From NCBI GenBank assembly GCA_963668025.2, contig CAXXTH010000017.1, positions 1,536,001 to 1,600,000 on the forward strand: DNA of 64,000 nt, in the 5' to 3' direction. Positions 8,981 to 18,827 of the stretch are shown here, piece by piece (within the stretch, counting starts at the first letter, position 1; each line of letters starts with the position of its first letter). The stretch comes from Candidatus Hydrogenedentota bacterium. Its GTDB lineage: Bacteria; Hydrogenedentota; Hydrogenedentia; Hydrogenedentales; SLHB01. The notes under the pieces are model-generated. The model made no database searches and had not been told where the DNA came from. It was given only the letters and a program-made list of their open reading frames with translations. The position numbers and the translations under genes were made by a program.

Positions 8981-10012
8981 ATGCTGCGAGGATTGTTAAT
9001 ACGCCAGTTCTTACTGGCGGCGGATTTGCTACTGGCGATATTGGTGCTGGCGGCGGCGTATTTGGCGGTGGCGCGGCTATTTGATTCGCAGGCGCCTTCG
9101 CAGGCGGTGGCCGTTCCAAAAGGAACGACGGAAGAAGTGAAAAACATTTTTCGGGATCCAGTGGATCGCACGGCCTATGCTTCGATTATCAGCGTGGGCT
9201 TGTATGGGGCTTCGGCTTCGGTGGAAAAGGTGGTGCAGGAGCAGAATGCATCAAAAGAACCGGATGTTATCGAGACATCCTTGCCGTTGCGACTGTTTGG
9301 CACCGCTGCGGCATCCGCCAAGGATCCGCTAGGTTCCGCCGTAATTGAAAGTTCTGCTACCGGCGCGCCTTTAGTGGAAACGTATTTTCTCGGGCAAAAA
9401 GTCATTCGAAATGTGGTGCTCGAGGAGATTCATCTTACGGAAGTGATTTTATACAACCCGGACGATAACACGAGAGAAGTGCTGCGTAGCGAAGGCGCGA
9501 TGACCGCCCAGGAAACAGCGGCGGCTGCAACGAATGTGGCGGCGGCTGAGGGGCCTGGCGCGCCTCCGGGAGCGCGTGGCGGCACTGCTGGAGCGGGAGA
9601 GCGTTTGGCGATGGCCTCAGGCGGTAGCGCGGCGTCAAAGCTGCAACAAGCAGGCGCGTCCGCTGCCGGAAAGCCGGGCGCTACGAAGCGGGTCGATTTG
9701 AATAAAAATGAAGTGGCGCAGGCCATTTCCAAATTGAACCTCGCGCAAGCGTATGCCGAATTAAGCCCTTCCATGGCGACGGATGCGTCGGGCAATCCCA
9801 TTGGGCTTACGGCGAATAACATCAGCAATTTCCCGCTGGCCCAGCAGTTTGGGTTTCAAAATGGAGATATCATTACAAAGATTAACGGCGTAGATATCGA
9901 TAGTGAACAGCGGGCGTTTGAAGTAGTGAACCGGTTTCAGAATTCCACGACACACTATGTGACAGTGCAGCGGAATGGCCAGACTGTACAATTGGAATTC
10001 AGACTGCAATAG
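8981..10012 (+). CDS. gspC: T2SS protein C with C-terminal PDZ domain
   Basis: N-terminal TM, HR-like LPLRLFGT..SAVIE, PDZ (FGFQNGDIITKING..VTVQRNG); first gene before the secretin. Confidence 0.85.
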   Translation: MLRGLLIRQFLLAADLLLAILVLAAAYLAVARLFDSQAPSQAVAVPKGTTEEVKNIFRDPVDRTAYASIISVGLYGASASVEKVVQEQNASKEPDVIETSLPLRLFGTAAASAKDPLGSAVIESSATGAPLVETYFLGQKVIRNVVLEEIHLTEVILYNPDDNTREVLRSEGAMTAQETAAAATNVAAAEGPGAPPGARGGTAGAGERLAMASGGSAASKLQQAGASAAGKPGATKRVDLNKNEVAQAISKLNLAQAYAELSPSMATDASGNPIGLTANNISNFPLAQQFGFQNGDIITKINGVDIDSEQRAFEVVNRFQNSTTHYVTVQRNGQTVQLEFRLQ

Positions 10013-10058
10013 GCGAAAAAAACATGCGTTACTCAACTTTCTGTAGGGGGGCCCTTCA

Positions 10059-12707
10059 ATGAGGTCATTTCGCCTGGTGACGGCGGTGTGCGTGTTCAGT
10101 TGTGCCATCATGTTGTTTTCGCCTGAGAGCCGGGCGGAACAGGCGCGCGCGGCGGATGAATATATGCTTGTTGCTCAGAACGATGGCCCGGAACCGATTG
10201 ATGAACAAGGATCTGCGGAACCTGCTCCTCCTGACGGCGCTCCTCCTGAAGGTGGCGGCGCGCCGCCCATGCCGCCAGAAAACGCGGAAAGCCCGCCTGC
10301 GGAACAACCACAGCCAGGGGCAGTCCAGCTCCCGCAACGCCCCAATTTACCGTCCCGAAACGCAGTCAATCGTTCTTCATCCGCGCTGCCTGGACTGGCT
10401 GCGCCTGGTGGGCGCACGACTTCCACGTTGCCGGGTGGGCCGAAATCTGGGAATATCACGCCGAATCCGCCGGTCATCACGCCCGTGGGAGCCGAGCAAG
10501 GCATCACTCCGGCTGGTGTCGGGCGGCCTACGGATGGAAAATCCGCCACCGAACCGGTCAATGTATATTTCTGGCAGACGGAGCTAGGTGAGATTGTCAA
10601 AGCGATTGGCGCCCAGACGGGGAAGAATTTTCTGTTTGATCCGCAGATGGGCCAAACATTGGTGACGCTGGTAGGCCATGCCCCAATCCAGTCGGATATG
10701 CTGCTTCCCTTGCTCCAATCAGTGCTGACCACATATGGCTTTACGATGCGGGAGAGCCTGGATGGCAATATCATAAAGATCCGTCCTTTGAATCAAGACG
10801 ACGAAATGTCGGAAATGTCCGTTGGCCAAGTAATACCGAACGGATTTGAGGAGTACAGCACCCATATTGTGCCGGTTCAATTCGCTAAAGCGGAGGAGCT
10901 TGCGAATCTCCTTCCTTCGCTGGGCTCGGCGATTGCCAAAGTTAATGCGTATGGTCCTACTAATACGCTCATTATAACGGACAATTCATTCGGCGTGCGG
11001 CGGATGCTCGAGTTCATCTCGGAAGTGGATATTCCCGGCTCGGAGATCGTGATGGAGATGTTCCATCTCGATTACGCCCGTGCCGAAGATGTGGCGGAGC
11101 AGCTTGTGCAAGTATTGCTGGAATCGGAATCTGGCGGCTCGGCGCAAAGCAACCGGCAGGTGCAGCCCATGCGGCAGCCTATGCGCCCCGTGCCAGGCCA
11201 AACCCAGCAGACGATTGTGAGCACGGAAGAGCCGCAGTTGCGGGTAGTGCCTGATGAGCGGTTGAATATGGTCATGGTGATGGCCACTAAGTCCCTCATG
11301 GACCAAGTCCGCGTGTTGATTGACGCCCTCGATACGCCGACACGGCCCGATTCCAATAACATGCACGTCTATAACTTGAAAAATGCGGATGCGGAGACAT
11401 TGGCGGAAACTTTAAATGCGTTAATTAATGGCACTACCTCTTCGTCATCGTCTTCTTCAAGCAATAACCGTTCTTCTTCTTCCTCTTCCTCGAATAGAAA
11501 TGCATCCGCCGATCAGCGCAATTCGCGCAGTGGGCAGCAATCCTCTAACCGCAATTCGAGCGGAGTGGATATACAGGCGTTCGAAAAAGATGTCGTGATC
11601 GAGAGTTATGATTCGACAAATTCACTTGTGGTTGTGGCGACTCCGCAAGATTACCTTGTGATCAGCGAATTGATAGAACAACTGGACCGGCCCCAGCGCC
11701 AAGTGCATGTCGAGTCCATTATCATGGAAGTCGTGATTGATGATTCCTTCGAGTTAAGCACGGAACTGCTCTCGCTCGGCGGATATGATGGTTTTGCGCT
11801 GAATAATATCGTCAATCTCGGCAATCTAATGGCGAATGGGCCGATCAGCACAATATCGGGCGATAGCTTTTCGGGGCTGCAAGGCCTGACCACCGGTATT
11901 CTCGATGGCACCATGACGCTTCCGGTTTCCGATGGGGAAGGCGGATGGACCAGCCAGGAGTTTCCAAAAATCCCCGTGCTGCTCCGGGCGCTGGACACCG
12001 TTACGACTACCGATGTGTTGTCCCAGCCCATGCTGACCACGGTGGATAATGAAGAGGCCAGCATCGTCATCGGCCAGGAGGTGCCTGTCACCACCGGCTC
12101 ACAGACTTCCACCAATACCGACAGCACGCTCTATAGTAATATTGAGCGCAAGGATGTCGGTGTGAAGATGACGCTGACGCCCCAGATCAGCCAGGGCGAT
12201 TATGTGAATTTGGAGCTCGAAGTGGAGGTTTCCGCGGTGGCCACGGCCACTTCCTCTACTGGGGATGTCGATGTGTTAGGGCCCACGTTCACCAAATCGA
12301 ATGTGACGAACAATGTCGTGATCCGGGATGGCTCCACGGGTATTGTGGGCGGCTTGATCCAGGATAGCCGGATACGGAATAACGACCAGACGCCGATCCT
12401 AGGGGATATCCCCGTACTTGGCCGGCTGTTCGGCAGCAAGACCGACAATCATGACAAGCGCAATTTGGTGGTGCTGGTCACGCCAACTATCGTCAAGGAT
12501 GGCGTGGATTCCGACCGCTTAACGAAACAGAATATCGAAGATTTCCAGAGCTACAATATGGACTCGCTGTTTGAATCGGGGTTCATCAAGAAGATTAAAA
12601 AGAGGCACACCGAACGGATACATGACCGGCCGACGGAAAACCGGATAAAGAAGCTATCGGAGACGACGCCCGAATTGAACCTGAATGTTTCTGGGCAGCA
12701 GCAATGA
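10059..12707 (+). CDS. gspD: T2SS secretin GspD
   Basis: Signal peptide, Pro-rich N-terminus, N0-N3 domains (TNTLII, TNSLVV), QVHVESIIMEV, secretin motifs PILGDIPVLGRLF and LVVLVTPTIV. Confidence 0.95.
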   Translation: MRSFRLVTAVCVFSCAIMLFSPESRAEQARAADEYMLVAQNDGPEPIDEQGSAEPAPPDGAPPEGGGAPPMPPENAESPPAEQPQPGAVQLPQRPNLPSRNAVNRSSSALPGLAAPGGRTTSTLPGGPKSGNITPNPPVITPVGAEQGITPAGVGRPTDGKSATEPVNVYFWQTELGEIVKAIGAQTGKNFLFDPQMGQTLVTLVGHAPIQSDMLLPLLQSVLTTYGFTMRESLDGNIIKIRPLNQDDEMSEMSVGQVIPNGFEEYSTHIVPVQFAKAEELANLLPSLGSAIAKVNAYGPTNTLIITDNSFGVRRMLEFISEVDIPGSEIVMEMFHLDYARAEDVAEQLVQVLLESESGGSAQSNRQVQPMRQPMRPVPGQTQQTIVSTEEPQLRVVPDERLNMVMVMATKSLMDQVRVLIDALDTPTRPDSNNMHVYNLKNADAETLAETLNALINGTTSSSSSSSSNNRSSSSSSSNRNASADQRNSRSGQQSSNRNSSGVDIQAFEKDVVIESYDSTNSLVVVATPQDYLVISELIEQLDRPQRQVHVESIIMEVVIDDSFELSTELLSLGGYDGFALNNIVNLGNLMANGPISTISGDSFSGLQGLTTGILDGTMTLPVSDGEGGWTSQEFPKIPVLLRALDTVTTTDVLSQPMLTTVDNEEASIVIGQEVPVTTGSQTSTNTDSTLYSNIERKDVGVKMTLTPQISQGDYVNLELEVEVSAVATATSSTGDVDVLGPTFTKSNVTNNVVIRDGSTGIVGGLIQDSRIRNNDQTPILGDIPVLGRLFGSKTDNHDKRNLVVLVTPTIVKDGVDSDRLTKQNIEDFQSYNMDSLFESGFIKKIKKRHTERIHDRPTENRIKKLSETTPELNLNVSGQQQ

Positions 12708-14458
12708 ATATAGCGATAGGCGAATATCAAAATCATCAGGAACGGGAATTATGCGGCATTTTGCTCGCGCATGGACGCATCCATGCCGAGCAAGTGGCGG
12801 AGGCGTTCGAGCTGCAAAAGATCCGCCCCAAGCGTATTGGGCAAGTTTTGCTGGATTTGGGTTATATCGAGGAGGACCATCTGCTCGAGGCCTATAGCGA
12901 ACAGTTCGGGATTCCATTTGATCCCGATGTGCGCAATCAATTGGATTCCTCGTTGACGACGAAAGCGCCTATTGGATTCATTCGCGAGTACGGAATGGTG
13001 CCGTATAAAAAGAATGGGTCTTCCTTTTACGTGGCGGTGAGCGATCCGGCCAATTTGCTTCCACTGGATGACTTGCGCTTGCTGCTCGGGGGAAGCGTCG
13101 AGCCGGTCATCTGCCGCCATGCGGACATCCAGTCCGTCATCGATAATTACTTCGATCAGCAGGGTGAAAACGCGGCGGATATGATCGACAGCATCGTTCT
13201 CGAGGAAGACGCCGATGAGCCGCATGCCATCGACCTAATGGAAACAGACCGGGATCTGCTGGACCTTGCGAATGAAGCGCCCATCATCAAGCTCATTAAT
13301 CTGCTTATTTCTGGCGCCGTGAAAGAGCGCGCCTCCGATATCCATGTGGAGCCATTCGAGCGGGAAGTCGAAGTGCGGTACCGGATCGATGGCGTGCTGT
13401 ACCATAAGTTCACCGTTCGCAAATCCCAACAGGCGGCGGTGGTGTCGCGCATTAAAATCATGGCGCGATTGAATATCGCGGAACACCGGCTTCCGCAAGA
13501 TGGGCGCATCAAGATCCGTTTGAGCGGTAAAGAGATTGATATCCGCGTCTCGGTCATCCCTGTACAGCACGGCGAACGCGTGGTGATGCGTATCCTCGAA
13601 AAAGGCTCCTTCCTGCTGGGCCTCGAGGAACTGGGCATGGACCGGCATGACTATTCGCTGGTGGACAAGATCATCAAGAGCTCCCACGGGATTATTCTCG
13701 TGACGGGCCCTACGGGTTCCGGCAAGTCCACGACACTATATGCGGCGCTGCAGCGGGTGTTGTCGCCCGATATCAATGTCATCACGGTGGAAGACCCGGT
13801 GGAATACCAGATGCCCGGCGTGGGGCAAATCGAAGTAAAGCCGAAGATAGGCCTTACGTTCGCCCATGCGCTGAGGAGCATACTGCGGCAAGACCCGGAC
13901 GTGATTCTCGTGGGCGAGATCCGGGACCACGAAACTGCGGAAATGGCCGTGCATGCCTCGCTTACCGGCCACTTGGTTTTCGCGACCCTGCATACGAATG
14001 ACTCCGCCGGAGCGATAACTCGCCTGGTGAACATGGGCATCGAGCCGTTCCTGGTCACGTCCTCGACGATTGCCATCATGGCCCAGCGCTTGGTGCGCTG
14101 CATATGCCCCGAGTGCAAGGAACCATATGAGCCGGAACTATCAAGCCTTATCGAGCTGGGCGTGCCGGAAGCCGAGGCGAAGGGGCGCGTAATTTACCGG
14201 GGACGGGGCTGTGAACGCTGCCAAGGCCGGGGATATTACAGCCGGACGGGCATCTTCGAGCTGCTGGTGATGACGCCTCATTTGCAAAATCTGGTGTTGC
14301 GAGGCACCGACTCGAATATGATCAAGCGCGAGGCCAAACGGCATGGCATGCGGACCCTGCGCGAGGATGGAGCCCTCAAGGTGCTCCATGGAGCGACAAC
14401 CATCGAGGAAGTCATGCGGGTGACTCGCGACGATTTCCTCGACGACGTGGCGGACTAG
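12704..14458 (+). CDS. gspE: T2SS assembly ATPase GspE
   Basis: ASDIHVEP, Walker A GPTGSGKST, LRQDPDVILVGEIRD, His box TLHTND, CxxC...CxxC; overlaps the gspD stop. Confidence 0.95.
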   Translation: MNIAIGEYQNHQERELCGILLAHGRIHAEQVAEAFELQKIRPKRIGQVLLDLGYIEEDHLLEAYSEQFGIPFDPDVRNQLDSSLTTKAPIGFIREYGMVPYKKNGSSFYVAVSDPANLLPLDDLRLLLGGSVEPVICRHADIQSVIDNYFDQQGENAADMIDSIVLEEDADEPHAIDLMETDRDLLDLANEAPIIKLINLLISGAVKERASDIHVEPFEREVEVRYRIDGVLYHKFTVRKSQQAAVVSRIKIMARLNIAEHRLPQDGRIKIRLSGKEIDIRVSVIPVQHGERVVMRILEKGSFLLGLEELGMDRHDYSLVDKIIKSSHGIILVTGPTGSGKSTTLYAALQRVLSPDINVITVEDPVEYQMPGVGQIEVKPKIGLTFAHALRSILRQDPDVILVGEIRDHETAEMAVHASLTGHLVFATLHTNDSAGAITRLVNMGIEPFLVTSSTIAIMAQRLVRCICPECKEPYEPELSSLIELGVPEAEAKGRVIYRGRGCERCQGRGYYSRTGIFELLVMTPHLQNLVLRGTDSNMIKREAKRHGMRTLREDGALKVLHGATTIEEVMRVTRDDFLDDVAD

Positions 14459-14461
14459 CGC

Positions 14462-15682
14462 ATGGCTGTATACGAATACGATGCCATCGCGAAGTCTTCC
14501 GGCAAACGCGTGCGCGGAATGATTGACGCCGACTCCGCGGCGGTCGCGCGGCGCAAGCTGCGTGAACAGCAGTTGTTTCCCACCGAGATCCGCGAGAGTT
14601 TCTCATCGGGAAAAGGCAAATCCCCTTCCCAGCGGGGAGGAGGATTTGGCCGCATATCGCCCCGGGATGTATCGCTGATGACACGCCAGCTTGCAGTGCT
14701 CCTGCAAGCGGGCATGCCGCTGGTCGAGGGGCTGTCGGCGTTGATCGAGCAAACGCCGAATCCTCGTTTGCAGAAAATCGTCTATGATGTGCGTGACAAA
14801 GTGAATAGCGGTTCACGCCTAGCGGACGCCCTTTCGGGGCATGGGCGCGTGTTTCCCGATCTGTATGTCAATATGGTCGGAGCAGGTGAGGCGAGCGGGG
14901 CGCTCGAACAAGTGCTGTTCCGGCTGGCGGACATCCAAGAGCGGCAGGTGAAACTAAACCGGCGTATTCAGAATGCGCTGATGTATCCGATATTCATGTC
15001 GGTCGTGGGCCTCTCCGTGATCTCATTCTTAATGCTCTTCATTGTGCCCCGCATTACGGACATGTTCGCGAAGCAAAAACGCGAGCTTCCCGGCATTACG
15101 GAGTTTCTCATTGGCCTCTCAAAATTCGTGGGCCATTGGTGGCCTTTGCTCCTTGCGATACTGGCCGTTTCGATAGTGGGCTGGCGCATGTGGGTGCGGC
15201 GGCCATCGGGGCGGCGGAAGTGGGATGAATTCCGCCTGCGGATTCCGCTGTACAGCGGTTTGTATATCCGCTTGATGACGGGGCGGGTCGCGCGGACGCT
15301 GGGCACCATGCTGGGGAGCGGCCTCAGCATGATGGTGTCGCTGGATGTCGTGAAGAGCGTCGTGCAGAACCTCAAGGTCGAGGAAGCGATGGAGGACGTG
15401 AAAGCGAGCGTCCGGCGAGGCAAGGATTTATCCGTGCCATTGCGGGAAATGGGCATTTTCCCTCCAATGATGATCAGTATGGTGGAGCTTGGGCAGCGCA
15501 GCGGTGAGCTGGAAGCGATGCTGCTCAAAGTGGCGGATACGTATGACGATGAAGTCGAAACGAGCGTGGATGCGCTGGTGGGTCTGCTCGAACCGGCCAT
15601 GATCGTGGTGATGGCCTTGTTTGTAGGTTTTTTGGTCATCGCGATGCTGCTGCCCATCCTGCAGATGAGCTCCGGCGTGTGA
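14462..15682 (+). CDS. gspF: T2SS inner-membrane platform protein GspF
   Basis: RQLAVLLQAGMPL, GEASGAL, GQRSGEL, LLEP, three TM segments. Confidence 0.95.
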   Translation: MAVYEYDAIAKSSGKRVRGMIDADSAAVARRKLREQQLFPTEIRESFSSGKGKSPSQRGGGFGRISPRDVSLMTRQLAVLLQAGMPLVEGLSALIEQTPNPRLQKIVYDVRDKVNSGSRLADALSGHGRVFPDLYVNMVGAGEASGALEQVLFRLADIQERQVKLNRRIQNALMYPIFMSVVGLSVISFLMLFIVPRITDMFAKQKRELPGITEFLIGLSKFVGHWWPLLLAILAVSIVGWRMWVRRPSGRRKWDEFRLRIPLYSGLYIRLMTGRVARTLGTMLGSGLSMMVSLDVVKSVVQNLKVEEAMEDVKASVRRGKDLSVPLREMGIFPPMMISMVELGQRSGELEAMLLKVADTYDDEVETSVDALVGLLEPAMIVVMALFVGFLVIAMLLPILQMSSGV

Positions 15683-15735
15683 CCATGATGCCATGTTATG
15701 GTGGAGAGCGGGCGAGCGCAATGGAGGTATTTAGC

Positions 15736-16179
15736 ATGAATCAAATAGAACATAAAGCCATGAACCGGAGAGAGCGGGGCTTTACGCTCGTCGAACTGAT
15801 GGTGGTGGTGGTGATTATTGGCATCCTGGCGGCGCTGGTGGTGCCTACATTCTTCAAACAAGCGGATAGGGCGAACGTGACTGCCGCCAAGGGGCAAATT
15901 AATCTGCTTAAAACGGCATTAGGCATGTATAAAATGGAATTCAAGCATTTCCCTTCCACCAGCGAGGGGCTTGAAGCGCTGATCAATAACGAGCGCGAGA
16001 AATTCCTCGATCAGGATCTCATCCCTCTAGACCCTTGGGGCTATCCGTATATATATGTATGCCCAGGCACCAATGGACATGATTTCGAGATCGTGTCTTA
16101 TGGAGCGGATGGCGCGCCTGGCGGCACGGGATATGACGCGGACATTTTCAGCTACGACTTATCCGACAAGGGCAACTAG
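15736..16179 (+). CDS. gspG: Major pseudopilin GspG
   Basis: RG/FTLVELMVVVVIIGILAA, PSTSEGLEAL, DPWG.PY.Y, SYGADG..GG. Start moved from 15679 to ATG 15736 (GGAGG RBS). Confidence 0.93.
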   Translation: MNQIEHKAMNRRERGFTLVELMVVVVIIGILAALVVPTFFKQADRANVTAAKGQINLLKTALGMYKMEFKHFPSTSEGLEALINNEREKFLDQDLIPLDPWGYPYIYVCPGTNGHDFEIVSYGADGAPGGTGYDADIFSYDLSDKGN

Positions 16180-16346
16180 TAGTTTTTTCAGTTGAGTTTG
16201 AAGGCGCGGATGTTTGGCCTAGGGCGGTTCAAGATTGTATGTCGTGGCATGGGGTCCCGCCCATGTGCATGGCCGAGACGGCCACGCCACGGGAGATGAG
16301 AATCAATAGAGATGAAACATTAGTGTTCCAGCCAAATGGAGGCCGC

Positions 16347-17162
16347 ATGAGCGGTTGCCAACATATGCCGCTAGGCGGAAAAAAGCAGAGCGGGTTCACA
16401 CTTCTCGAACTGAGCTTGGTGGTGCTGGTCATGGGCGTGATCATGGCGATTGTGGGTCCACGCATGCTGCCGGCTATTCTGTTCAGCGGCCTGGACGGTT
16501 CCGCGCGGCATCTAACGGGTTATGGCCGGTCTTTGTTAGCCTATTGCGCAATCGAACAGCAGATGGTGACATTCCATGTGGACCTCGATAACGGGGAATA
16601 CTGGACGGAACGCTGGGTGCTCGAGGACGAGACCGTGGATGATGAGGATTTCGGAGGCGGCCTGGATTCCGATGACGGCACCTATCATTCATCCAGTTCG
16701 GGCTACTCGAATTCATATACATCCGAAAAAGATTTGGAACAGCAGATGGATGCGCTGGGTGACCAGATGCAGACGCGTTTTGAACGATTCATGAAAATGT
16801 CCATCGAGTCGAAGGCCCGCAACCTCAGCAAGAATGAAGACAGCATCTTGTCTGATGTGGGCCCGCTATTCGAGAAACAATTCAGTTTGGACTGGGAAGA
16901 CACCCAATATGTGGAAGTCAAGACGGATTTGTTATCGAGGGTGGTGCTCCCGGAAGACATCCACATTGTGCGGATGAGGGTAGGCAGCGAGGAATACACC
17001 AACGGCGAGGTTACGGTGGATGCCTCGGGCCTGGGGTTTGATGGCACCGTGGAATTTGTTTTGCAAGCGGGTGAGGATCGGTACTACACGGTGGTGTGGG
17101 ATGCCGTGACGGGTACGCCGCGCATGTTCGAAGGCCTCTCGGGCAGCGAGGATGGGTGGTGA
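16347..17162 (+). CDS. gspH: Minor pseudopilin, GspH-like, with an acidic insertion
   Basis: SG/FTLLELSLVVLV class III signal; follows gspG. Start uncertain (ORF track gives 16239). Confidence 0.7.
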   Translation: MSGCQHMPLGGKKQSGFTLLELSLVVLVMGVIMAIVGPRMLPAILFSGLDGSARHLTGYGRSLLAYCAIEQQMVTFHVDLDNGEYWTERWVLEDETVDDEDFGGGLDSDDGTYHSSSSGYSNSYTSEKDLEQQMDALGDQMQTRFERFMKMSIESKARNLSKNEDSILSDVGPLFEKQFSLDWEDTQYVEVKTDLLSRVVLPEDIHIVRMRVGSEEYTNGEVTVDASGLGFDGTVEFVLQAGEDRYYTVVWDAVTGTPRMFEGLSGSEDGW

Positions 17163-17164
17163 GC

Positions 17165-17623
17165 ATGCCGTGCAGCGCCCGAACTATCCGTTTCCCCCAC
17201 GGATTCACATCCGCCGCTCGTATGCGCGGCGGCTCCGCGGGCTTCACGCTCATGGAGATCATGGTCGCGGTGGCCATCCTGGGTTCGGCGGTGTTTGTAT
17301 TGCTCGAGGCGCATTACGGCGCGATACAGCTCTTCAATAAAAGTGAAGAGCTCGTGACGCTCCGGGAATTGGTGTCGCGCGCGGTGGGCATCACCCAGCT
17401 CGATGTGCTGATCGGCCAAACGAGCGGCAATGGCGATTTTGGCGAACGCTATCCTGATTACACCTATGAATATACCGTGGAAGATTATTCAGAAGACTCA
17501 GACACCCTGAAGGTGGTTCAAGTGGTGGTGGCGGGGCCAGAATCGGAATACACCACCAGTTTCCTTATGTATGTTGCATCGACTTCGACGTCGGACGAAG
17601 ACTCGTCAGGCACTACGTCATAA
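17165..17623 (+). CDS. gspI: Minor pseudopilin, GspI-like
   Basis: AG/FTLMEIMVAVAILG, G.F..RYPDY; operon position. Start uncertain (17165 or 17222). Confidence 0.75.
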   Translation: MPCSARTIRFPHGFTSAARMRGGSAGFTLMEIMVAVAILGSAVFVLLEAHYGAIQLFNKSEELVTLRELVSRAVGITQLDVLIGQTSGNGDFGERYPDYTYEYTVEDYSEDSDTLKVVQVVVAGPESEYTTSFLMYVASTSTSDEDSSGTTS

Positions 17624-17694
17624 GGGGATTTTTAAAAGTGGAGCAGGCAAGCCAAAACAAGGAAATGCCAGTGAAATACACCAAAGAAAACAAG

Positions 17695-17780
17695 AAAGCG
17701 GTAGCAAGCTACCGCACCCCACATGCGCTCTAACTCCTTTTTGTGGAACTATTTGGAGTGCGGCAGCTTGCTGCCGCTTT
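17695..17780. repeat. Inverted pair of REP-like palindromic units
   Basis: AAAGCGGTAGCAAGCTACCGCACCCCA (17695-17721) and TGGAGTGCGGCAGCTTGCTGCCGCTTT (17754-17780) are reverse complements with 3 mismatches; each is internally palindromic. Confidence 0.75.
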
Positions 17781-17883
17781 TGGGTGCGGATTTCGTTTGA
17801 ATGCCCGTTTTCGGTTTTATGGCGACGTAGATTCACACGGGGCGCATTTTTGGAAGGCCCCATAAGCGGGAGGGTGATAGGCA

Positions 17884-18825
17884 ATGCGGCTGCGCAGGCG
17901 CTTGGCGAAACGAACGGGACAAGGCCCGCTCGTGCGTGCGCATGGTTTCACGCTGCTGGAATTGCTGCTGAGCGTCAGTATTTTACTGGTGGTGACGGCG
18001 ATTGTTTATGCATCCTTCGCGAGCGTTACATCAAGTGCGTCGGCCACGCGTGAAAAATTGGAGGAGATGCGGCTGCGCGAGTTTCTGGTGCATGGCATTG
18101 AGGCGAACTTAGCGGCGGTATATGTGGATGCCGATTTCAAAAAAGAAGAGCTGCAACTGGTGGGCGTGGATGATGACACGCTGGATGGGCCGCGCGATAC
18201 GCTGCGCTTCTGCACGACAGCGCCCGTGATGGGCGGCTTGGCGCTTCCAGGCGATGTGAAGGAAGTGCGGTATGAAGTGCTCGATCCAGATTCATCGAGC
18301 ATGGAATTGTCATGGGACTCGCTTCCGTCGGAACTCGCGAATACCGAGGTCCCGCTGCTGGTTGCCGAAGAGCGGCCCTTGTCGGAGGAGGATCTGGATA
18401 CGCTCGATACGAGCGCAAGCCTTCTCGAGTCCGTGGACACGTATGACACGCCGTATTGGACCGTACCCGTGTGGTCGCTGGATTTCGCCTATTTTGATGG
18501 CTCGAACTGGCTGGACGAATGGGATTCGATTGACCAGAAACAGCTCCCTTGGGCCATACGAGTCCGGGTGAATTTCGCCCGGACGGATGAACAAGTGCGG
18601 CAAGAAAAGAGCAATGGATTGGATATCGTGGAAGACCCGGATTTGGAGCTTATCGTGCCGATTCAAATAGGGATGGGTTCGTCCGCCTCGGCCGAAAGCG
18701 ATGATTCCAGCTCGGATGATAGCGATTCGGGCTCTTCTGATGATGATAACAAGGATGATAGTTCGTCGAAGAGTTCCCAGGGTGAATACAAGCAAGGCGA
18801 ATCCAACTCGAGGGCGGGGGATTAG
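17884..18825 (+). CDS. gspJ: Minor pseudopilin GspJ
   Basis: HG/FTLLELLLSVSIL, YFDG..W.DEWD, LPWAIRVRV; Ser/Asp-rich tail. Confidence 0.85.
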   Translation: MRLRRRLAKRTGQGPLVRAHGFTLLELLLSVSILLVVTAIVYASFASVTSSASATREKLEEMRLREFLVHGIEANLAAVYVDADFKKEELQLVGVDDDTLDGPRDTLRFCTTAPVMGGLALPGDVKEVRYEVLDPDSSSMELSWDSLPSELANTEVPLLVAEERPLSEEDLDTLDTSASLLESVDTYDTPYWTVPVWSLDFAYFDGSNWLDEWDSIDQKQLPWAIRVRVNFARTDEQVRQEKSNGLDIVEDPDLELIVPIQIGMGSSASAESDDSSSDDSDSGSSDDDNKDDSSSKSSQGEYKQGESNSRAGD

Positions 18826-18827
18826 CC

